Below are positions 9,966-16,437 of a stretch of DNA of 64,000 nt, piece by piece (position 1 is the first letter of the stretch; each line of letters begins with the position of its first letter). The stretch is taken from NCBI GenBank assembly GCA_048571215.1, contig CP182352.1, forward strand, positions 2,368,001-2,432,000. The letters are read 5' to 3'. The notes below the pieces were generated by a model that made no database searches, was not told the DNA's origin, and saw nothing but the letters and a program-made list of their open reading frames with translations. A program made the position numbers and the translations under genes. This DNA is from Halarcobacter sp. GTDB taxonomy: Bacteria > Campylobacterota > Campylobacteria > Campylobacterales > Arcobacteraceae.

Positions 9966-10091
9966 TTATTCTAAAGGTGTAACTTTTGCCCAATTATTAA
10001 ACAAATGCACAAAAGCCCCAGTAACAGCACCATTTGCAAACTTACCACCACTTATTTCTGAAACAGCACCTGATACTAAAGATGTAAACAT
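9966..10091 (-). pseudogene. RHS/polymorphic-toxin pre-toxin fragment
   Basis: MFTSLVSGAVSEISGGKFANGAVTGAFVHLFNNWAKVTPLE*; GGKFANGA.TGAF..LFN precedes the variable C-terminus in many RHS-type toxins. Confidence 0.8.
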
Positions 10092-10156
10092 AGTTCCCCT
10101 TTCCTACTCCCAACCTTATGGTGTTGCAAATCCTGATGATTCAAATCCATCCCAAA

Positions 10157-10192
10157 AAATGTGTCTGTCCCCTTTATTCTGTCCCCTTTATT
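10157..10192 (-). repeat. Cassette site R4: AAAGGGG-ACAGA-CACATTT with a duplicated half-site
   Basis: CTGTCCCCTTTATT occurs in tandem at 10165-10178 and 10179-10192. Confidence 0.85.
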
Positions 10193-10205
10193 CTTTATTT
10201 CTTTT

Positions 10206-10396
10206 TTATTTTCGTGCTTTATTATAATCATCGATTTCTTTCACAAATTTATAAAATTTAAATATAATAAAACCTATATATGGAATTAATAAAATTAAAA
10301 TAATTTGTCCTACTTCAGTATAACCAAAGAAATCAAATATTATAGCTTGAATAAATGGGAAAAAAATAATAGTAACCACTTAAAAAAAGTTTTCAT
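10206..10396 (-). pseudogene. Small 2-TM putative immunity protein, frameshifted in a T7 run
   Basis: Adding one T gives MKTFFKWLLLFFFPFIQAIIFDFFGYTEVGQIILILLIPYIGFIIFKFYKFVKEIDDYNKARK; ATG abuts the upstream TAA. Confidence 0.65.
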
Positions 10397-10567
10397 TTAA
10401 AATATTTTTTCTCCCCTCATTTTTTTTACTCCCATATATGTGAAAGGTATCCCAAATAGTTTATATACGGAATCAATATTAATATTTGGAATATAATAAT
10501 TACAAGTAAATATAATAAATCCTAAAAATAGTAAAAAAACTCCTAAAACAAAATCTTTATTCTTCAT
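10397..10567 (-). CDS. 56-aa membrane protein, putative immunity protein (below the ORF-track cutoff)
   Basis: MKNKDFVLGVFLLFLGFIIFTCNYYIPNINIDSVYKLFGIPFTYMGVKKMRGEKIF; AGGAG RBS. Confidence 0.7.
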   Translation of the reverse strand: MKNKDFVLGVFLLFLGFIIFTCNYYIPNINIDSVYKLFGIPFTYMGVKKMRGEKIF

Positions 10568-10624
10568 ATTATCGATCTCCTAAGGTGGATAATTTTTATC
10601 TTGCATATTTAAAATCTTCTTGTA

Positions 10625-10643
10625 AAATGCACCTGTCCCATTT
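10625..10643 (-). repeat. Cassette site R5 (promoter-proximal): AAATGGG-ACAGG-TGCATTT
   Basis: Same arm/core layout as R2-R4. Confidence 0.8.
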
Positions 10644-10676
10644 ATTATTCTAAAAAAACGTCACATTCTCGTCACA
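10644..10676 (-). promoter_or_regulatory. Tandem TGTGACG-N4-TGTGACG box plus -10-like element driving the cassette array
   Basis: TGTGACGAGAATGTGACG-N9-AATAAT; same layout at 40004-40036. Confidence 0.65.
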
Positions 10677-10868
10677 ATGAGTTGTTTTTTTCCATAAATT
10701 TTGATATTTCTTTAAGATTGTTGCTTTTTTATGATTTAAAGCTGAGTTAATTTAAAAACAATAAAAGAATTTAAATTCCATATACAAAATAAAAAAATAA
10801 ATTCAAGTGAGATTAAAAAAAAAATCTGATAAAATAACAAATTTAAAATAAATGTCTAAAGAAGAGTT

Positions 10869-11819
10869 ATGTCAAATACAAAAATTTCAGAAGTAAAATC
10901 AGAATTATCAAAAATTATTGTTGGTCAAGAGGATATGATAAATGCCTTGCTAATTGGGCTTTTAACAAATGGTCACATACTTCTTGAGGGTGTGCCTGGT
11001 CTTGCTAAAACAACTACAGTTAAAACTTTAGCAAATGTTATTGATTTGAAATTCAAAAGGGTACAGTTTACCCCTGATTTATTGCCTAGTGATATAATTG
11101 GTGCGCAGATATATGATATGAAAAGTGGTGAATTCAAGATAAAAAAAGGTCCTGTATTTACCAACCTTTTACTTGCTGATGAGATAAATAGAGCTCCTGC
11201 AAAGGTACAATCAGCCCTATTGGAGGTTATGCAAGAGAGACAAGTAACAATTGCAGATGATTCTTTTATTATTGATTCACCTTTTTTAGTACTTGCAACA
11301 CAAAATCCAATAGAACAAGAGGGTGCTTACTCTTTACCTGAAGCACAACTTGATAGATTTATGTTTAAAATCGTTGTTGGGTACAATACAAAAGAGCAAG
11401 AGTACGAAATAGCAAAAAGAGTTACCTCTAATCAGATTTTAGAACTAAATAAAATCATGAATAAAGATATTCTATCTACTTTGAGAAAAGAGGTTTCTAA
11501 TATCCATATAGATAAAGAGTTAGAGGAATATATAGTTGACCTAGTTTGTGCAACTAGAGAGCCTGAAAATTATGGTTTAGAAGAGATAAAAGATTATATT
11601 CAATTTGGTGCAAGTCCAAGGGCAACTATTGATATGTTTAAAGCTGTAAAAGGTATGGCTTTTATAAGAGGGTTAAACCATGTAAGCCCAATAGATATCG
11701 CACTTGTTATAAAAAATGTTTTAAGACATAGGATAATTTTAAGTTATGAGGCCCAAGCTATGGATATAAATGTTGATGACTTAATCCAAAAAATTTTAGA
11801 GAAAGTTGATATCCCATAA
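10869..11819 (+). CDS. moxR: MoxR family AAA+ ATPase
   Basis: EGVPGLAKT, RVQFTPDLLPSD, DEINRAPAKVQSALLE, ATQNPIEQEG. Confidence 0.95.
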   Translation: MSNTKISEVKSELSKIIVGQEDMINALLIGLLTNGHILLEGVPGLAKTTTVKTLANVIDLKFKRVQFTPDLLPSDIIGAQIYDMKSGEFKIKKGPVFTNLLLADEINRAPAKVQSALLEVMQERQVTIADDSFIIDSPFLVLATQNPIEQEGAYSLPEAQLDRFMFKIVVGYNTKEQEYEIAKRVTSNQILELNKIMNKDILSTLRKEVSNIHIDKELEEYIVDLVCATREPENYGLEEIKDYIQFGASPRATIDMFKAVKGMAFIRGLNHVSPIDIALVIKNVLRHRIILSYEAQAMDINVDDLIQKILEKVDIP

Positions 11820-11823
11820 GTTT

Positions 11824-12657
11824 ATGAATAAAACTTTAAAAAAAATACTTATAAAAACCAAAAAACAAGTCTTTTCCGAAATCATAGGAAATAACTCATC
11901 TTTATTGAAGGGTGAAGGTTATGATTTCTTAGAGCTAAAAGAGTATGAATATGGAGAAGATGTTAAAAATATCGATTGGATTATAAGTGCCAAGTTTAAA
12001 AAACCTTATGTAAAAGTTTTCCATGCTCAAAAAGAGTTAAATATAAATATAGTTCCTATTTTAAATGGTTCTGCATATTTTGGAACAAAAAAATTTAAAC
12101 AAGAACTTATAGGTGAGATTTGTTCACTTTTGGCTTATTCTTGCATAAAACAGCAAGACCCTTTTGCTTCATTTATTGCTAACTCATCCCTTGAACTTTG
12201 TACAAAAAAGTCTAAAAAAGATTTTGCAGTTCATCAGATGACAAAATCTCTTTTAGAATATAACTGTTTAGGGAAAATTACTGATTATAAGAAAATATCT
12301 GAAGAGCTTTTTAGATTTATTAAAAAGAAATCTATAATTTTTTTAGTTGGAGATTTTTTTGATATAGAAAATTTAGATTTAAGGCTTCTTAGTAGAAAAC
12401 ATGAAGTTATAGCAATAATCACAAGGGATAAGTTTGAAGAAAAACCGTTTGAGTTAGGGAATGTAAACCTAATAGATCCTTCTACTAAGCAAACCTTTGA
12501 TGGGAATATTGATTCAAGTATTTTAAAAAAATATGAAAAGAGTGTACAAAAAAATGACCATAAACTTTATGAACATCTACAATCATGCAATATAAGTTTT
12601 TGTAAAATCTACACCCATGAAGAGCCCTTATCAAAACTATTGAGGTTGATGAGATAA
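11824..12657 (+). CDS. DUF58 domain protein
   Basis: GEGYDFLELKEYEYGEDVKNIDW; follows moxR; ATG 11824 preferred as start. Confidence 0.88.
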   Translation: MNKTLKKILIKTKKQVFSEIIGNNSSLLKGEGYDFLELKEYEYGEDVKNIDWIISAKFKKPYVKVFHAQKELNINIVPILNGSAYFGTKKFKQELIGEICSLLAYSCIKQQDPFASFIANSSLELCTKKSKKDFAVHQMTKSLLEYNCLGKITDYKKISEELFRFIKKKSIIFLVGDFFDIENLDLRLLSRKHEVIAIITRDKFEEKPFELGNVNLIDPSTKQTFDGNIDSSILKKYEKSVQKNDHKLYEHLQSCNISFCKIYTHEEPLSKLLRLMR

Positions 12658-13043
12658 TGAATGATTTAAAACTGCACGATATAAAAGCTTTAGAGAGTAT
12701 TCCTGATATCTCTTTTTATATTTTTATTCTACTTATTGCTTTAGGTGTTGCTTTTGTTTGTATAATTCTATTTTTTATATATAGATTTTTTAAAAATAGA
12801 AAACCAAATAAAAGAAAAGAGTATTTTCATATCTTAAAAACTTTAGATTTTAATAACTCAAAAAATGCAGCCTATATGATAACAAAATATTCAAGACTAC
12901 TTGCTAGAAATGACAGAGAGATAAAAATAAGTCATGAGCTAATAGAGGATCTACAAAAATACAAATATAAAAAAGAAGTGGAACCTATAAGTGATGATAT
13001 AAAAATAAAATTTGATAGATTTATGGATATGTTAGATGTTTGA
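12657..13043 (+). CDS. DUF4381-like single-TM protein
   Basis: LHDIK N-terminus followed by a TM helix; position in the moxR-VWA operon. Confidence 0.75.
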   Translation: MNDLKLHDIKALESIPDISFYIFILLIALGVAFVCIILFFIYRFFKNRKPNKRKEYFHILKTLDFNNSKNAAYMITKYSRLLARNDREIKISHELIEDLQKYKYKKEVEPISDDIKIKFDRFMDMLDV

Positions 13044-13938
13044 TATAAGTTTTGAGTACCCATATTTTTTACTTCTAATAGTAGTGTTTATTTTATGCTC
13101 TATATTTTGTAAGGCAAAATCCCCTTCATATATAATACCCCACTTAAATATATTTGAAAAAAACCAACATAAGTCTTCACTTTTACAAGCTATATTAAAG
13201 TACCTTGTAATAATAGGTTCTATTGTGGCTTTAAGTTCACCATACAAAGAGTTTAATACTCAACTTATAAAAAATGATGGTATAGATATGGTTTTAAGTC
13301 TTGATACAAGTGGTTCTATGAAAGAGAAGGGTTTCAATCCATATAGCCCAAATGAAAGCAGATTTAGTGTAGTAAAAACCATAGTGAAAGATTTTATCTC
13401 AAAAAGAATAAATGATAACATCTCTATAATAGTTTTTGGAAATTCTGTTATGATGGCAACACCTCTTAGTTTTGATAAAGAAGCACAAAAAACCATTTTA
13501 GACTATCTTGATGTTGGAGTTGTGGGAACCCAAACAGCGATGATTGACTCTTTGGCATATACTATAAATATCTTAAAAACCTCAAAAGCAAAATCTAAAA
13601 TTGTAATTTTATTAAGTGATGGTCAAGATAACTATAGCACTACCCCTTTAGAGGTTGTTTTGAAACTTCTAAAAAAATACTCAATAAAAGTTTACACTAT
13701 AGGAATTGGTAACTCAAACAAAATTGTTCTAAATAAAATCTCAAAAGAAACAAATGGAAAATCGTATATTGCCTATTCTAAAAATGATTTAGATGAGATT
13801 TATAAACAAATCGATACCCTAGAAAAAAGTAACATCGATAGCAATAAAATAACTCTTAGGGATTATTTATTTTTTTATCCATTGTTTTTAGCTATCATTT
13901 CACTAATACTTTTTGTATACTTCAAAAATAGACAATAG
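13036..13938 (+). CDS. VWA domain protein (BatA-like)
   Basis: MIDAS DTSGSM, LLSDG, VYTIGIG; N- and C-terminal TM helices. Confidence 0.9.
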   Translation: MFDISFEYPYFLLLIVVFILCSIFCKAKSPSYIIPHLNIFEKNQHKSSLLQAILKYLVIIGSIVALSSPYKEFNTQLIKNDGIDMVLSLDTSGSMKEKGFNPYSPNESRFSVVKTIVKDFISKRINDNISIIVFGNSVMMATPLSFDKEAQKTILDYLDVGVVGTQTAMIDSLAYTINILKTSKAKSKIVILLSDGQDNYSTTPLEVVLKLLKKYSIKVYTIGIGNSNKIVLNKISKETNGKSYIAYSKNDLDEIYKQIDTLEKSNIDSNKITLRDYLFFYPLFLAIISLILFVYFKNRQ

Positions 13939-13947
13939 AGGTTTGAT

Positions 13948-14184
13948 TTGATAAATAATAATAAAGAAGCATTGTTAAAAGATGCAGTAAATCTAACACT
14001 TACTCAAGAAGAGATAGAAAAAAAACTAAAAAGTAATTTTGCAAGAAGAAATGAAAACACTAAAGAGATTGAGATAGAAGTAACAGAGCCTTTATCAACT
14101 AAACTAAAAAAGGGTAATGGCTTAATCTATATTTTAGTAGCAATAATTATTTTACTAATAGGTGTTACTATTTATATCTGGTAA
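13948..14184 (+). CDS. Small tail-anchored hypothetical protein
   Basis: TTG start after GAGG; C-terminal TM. Confidence 0.6.
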   Translation: MINNNKEALLKDAVNLTLTQEEIEKKLKSNFARRNENTKEIEIEVTEPLSTKLKKGNGLIYILVAIIILLIGVTIYIW

Positions 14185-15468
14185 TCAGATATGTTTTAAA
14201 ACCTCATCTTTGTCAACTAGTGGGAATTTTTTATCATAAATTATTTGGTAAGGTTCATCCCCTTTACCAAGTATCAACACTACACTGTTGGGGTTTTGTT
14301 TACCTAAATCTATAGCTTTTTTAATAGCCGCTTTTCTATTTATCTCAACTATCAAATTATCTTTATTTTTAATACCTTTACAAATATCATTTATGATCAA
14401 ATCAGGGTCTTCAAATCTTGGATTATCAGAAGTTATAATAATAGTTTTAGCAAAGTTTGAAGCTATTTGTCCCATAAGTGGTCGCTTCTCTTTATCCCTA
14501 TCACCTCCTGCACCAAATACAGTTATGATATCTTTATCATTAAAACTTTCATAAACCTCTTTCATCCCATCGGGAGTGTGAGCAAAATCAACAATTACTA
14601 GTGGTTCATCTGATATTATCTCCATTCTTCCACTAACACCTGCAAAGTTTTCAACCGCATCACATATCTCATCTAAACTTTTGTTTGTAAGCATATTTAC
14701 ACTTGCGATTGCAGCAAGTAGATTATAGATATTAAAAATACCCATCATAGTAGATGAAAAAGAGTGCATAGAATCTATTTTTGAAAACATTACATGCATT
14801 CCATTTTTAAAAGAGTATGCACCAACTTTATATGTTGATGGATTTTCTAGTGAGTATGTAAAAGTATTTTTAGGGTTAAATTTAGCATGTTCATCATCTT
14901 TATTGATTAGTTTTTTACTCTCATCATCAAAAAAAGAATTTTTTACATTTATATACTCTTGGATAGTTTTGTGATAATCTAAATGATCTCTTGTAATATT
15001 TGTAAGAACTTTTAAATCAAAATCTAAGCCCTCTACCCTTTTTTGTTCAATTGCATGGGAACTAACTTCCATAACAAAAAAATCACAAGCATTATCAAGC
15101 GCTTTTAAAATATGGGCAAAGTTTCCTAACTGAACAGGAGTTGTTAGAGTATAATCTTCAACTTTCTCATCATTTATAAAAAAGCCTCTAGTTCCTTGTA
15201 AGGCAACTTTAAAACCCAAATCTAAAAGTATAGAATAAATAGCAGCAGCTGTTGTTGTTTTGCCATTTGTTCCTGTTATACCTATGATTTTTATAGAAGA
15301 TATATCTATATGTTTTTTTAAATCTTTTGCATCAATAAACTCTTGGCAACCATTTTTTTTGGCATCTTCTACAAATCTCTCATTTTGTTTTGAGATTACA
15401 AAAATACTGTTTTTGTTTGCATCTTTTGAGTTATCTGTAAAAGTTTTATTGTTTGTGGTTAATTGCAA
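14185..15468 (-). CDS. murE: UDP-MurNAc-tripeptide synthetase (meso-DAP)
   Basis: GITGTNGKTT, MEVSSH, DFAHTPDG, DNPR, GKGDE. Confidence 0.96.
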   Translation of the reverse strand: MQLTTNNKTFTDNSKDANKNSIFVISKQNERFVEDAKKNGCQEFIDAKDLKKHIDISSIKIIGITGTNGKTTTAAAIYSILLDLGFKVALQGTRGFFINDEKVEDYTLTTPVQLGNFAHILKALDNACDFFVMEVSSHAIEQKRVEGLDFDLKVLTNITRDHLDYHKTIQEYINVKNSFFDDESKKLINKDDEHAKFNPKNTFTYSLENPSTYKVGAYSFKNGMHVMFSKIDSMHSFSSTMMGIFNIYNLLAAIASVNMLTNKSLDEICDAVENFAGVSGRMEIISDEPLVIVDFAHTPDGMKEVYESFNDKDIITVFGAGGDRDKEKRPLMGQIASNFAKTIIITSDNPRFEDPDLIINDICKGIKNKDNLIVEINRKAAIKKAIDLGKQNPNSVVLILGKGDEPYQIIYDKKFPLVDKDEVLKHI

Positions 15469-16042
15469 CTTGTTTCTCTTCTAATTTTTTATATAACTCT
15501 TCAATTTTTTTATCATAAGAAAAATATTCATTAAAACCATCTAAATAAGAATAAGCTGTACTATTAAAATCATTATCAATCAATTTTGTAACAAAATCAA
15601 AAAAATCCTCTTTTGTTTCAATGGCAACTTTAGTTGAAAACATAATATCTTCAAAGGCAACTCTAAAAGAACCTCTTGATTTTATGAGCTCTTTAAAATC
15701 ATCATATCTAATAGCATCAAGTGAATCAACAGTTGAAGTTGTCAAATCTTGTAAAATATCCATCATCTTTTCCATATCACCATCATATGCATTTACTATA
15801 TTTTCTACATATGCTATTGCTTCTTCTATATTTTCATCTTTTGCAATAGAAAAATAATCAAAAAGTGATGTAGCTTTATCCACATCTTCACTTGCAATAT
15901 CACAAAAAAGAGCAAATATTGCATACTCTTTTTTTTGAGGGAAATTGAATGATAGTTGTGAATATATAAATAAAGCTTTATCGAAATTTTTTTCTAAAAA
16001 GTTTTTATTTGCTTCATTTAATAGTCTATACTCATTTATCAT
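15446..16042 (-). CDS. Conserved helical (TPR-like) hypothetical protein
   Basis: 198-aa ORF coupled between the nfu-like gene and murE. Confidence 0.7.
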   Translation of the reverse strand: MINEYRLLNEANKNFLEKNFDKALFIYSQLSFNFPQKKEYAIFALFCDIASEDVDKATSLFDYFSIAKDENIEEAIAYVENIVNAYDGDMEKMMDILQDLTTSTVDSLDAIRYDDFKELIKSRGSFRVAFEDIMFSTKVAIETKEDFFDFVTKLIDNDFNSTAYSYLDGFNEYFSYDKKIEELYKKLEEKQVAINHKQ

Positions 16043-16320
16043 TAAAGCTCCTGTAATCTATTTTCCATACCTTGTGGTACATTTATTATCATCAAATCTG
16101 GATGGATAGCTGTTTTTAACTCTTTTTCAACTATAAACTTTAGTGTACTACTACTTGCACTACATCCTACACATGAACCTTGTAGTTGTACATAAACTTT
16201 TCCATCAAGAATATCTATCAATTGAATTGCTCCACCATCTTTTGCTAACATTGGCGCAATTTTCTTTTCAATAATTGAACTAACTGGAGGTCTTAAATCC
16301 TCGTCGCTAAATGGCATCAT
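16042..16320 (-). CDS. NifU C-terminal domain (Nfu) Fe-S carrier
   Basis: PMLAKDGG, LQGSCVGC. Confidence 0.9.
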   Translation of the reverse strand: MMPFSDEDLRPPVSSIIEKKIAPMLAKDGGAIQLIDILDGKVYVQLQGSCVGCSASSSTLKFIVEKELKTAIHPDLMIINVPQGMENRLQEL

Positions 16321-16436
16321 TTTTTTTCAACCTTTTTCGCTTTTTTATTTACATAAACTATTCCAATAGCTATTAATACTAATATAACAGCTATGGTAGA
16401 AAAAATAAATGTTAGTGTAACTTCATTTTGAAACAT
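16317..16436 (-). CDS. 39-aa single-TM microprotein
   Basis: MFQNEVTLTFIFSTIAVILVLIAIGIVYVNKKAKKVEKK; starts 1 nt after the ileS stop; TGA overlaps the nfu ATG. Confidence 0.65.
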   Translation of the reverse strand: MFQNEVTLTFIFSTIAVILVLIAIGIVYVNKKAKKVEKK

Positions 16437-16437
16437 A

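Larger units (their letters stand above)
8897..10750 (-). mobile_element. Repeat-delimited array of toxin-tail/immunity-like cassettes
   Basis: Six 19-bp sites, five small membrane ORFs, an RHS pre-toxin fragment and imperfect flanking direct repeats. Confidence 0.7.

Noticed and set aside
8936..10643. CRISPR array or classical integron interpretation of the repeats
   Set aside because: Spacing is irregular (about 75-470 bp) and the intervals contain genes. There is no cas or intI gene and no RYYYAAC...GTTRRRY attC structure.
10869..13938. moxR-VWA operon lacking BatB/BatD partners as a novel system
   Set aside because: This operon is common and the partners may lie elsewhere; nothing links it to the adjacent array beyond position.
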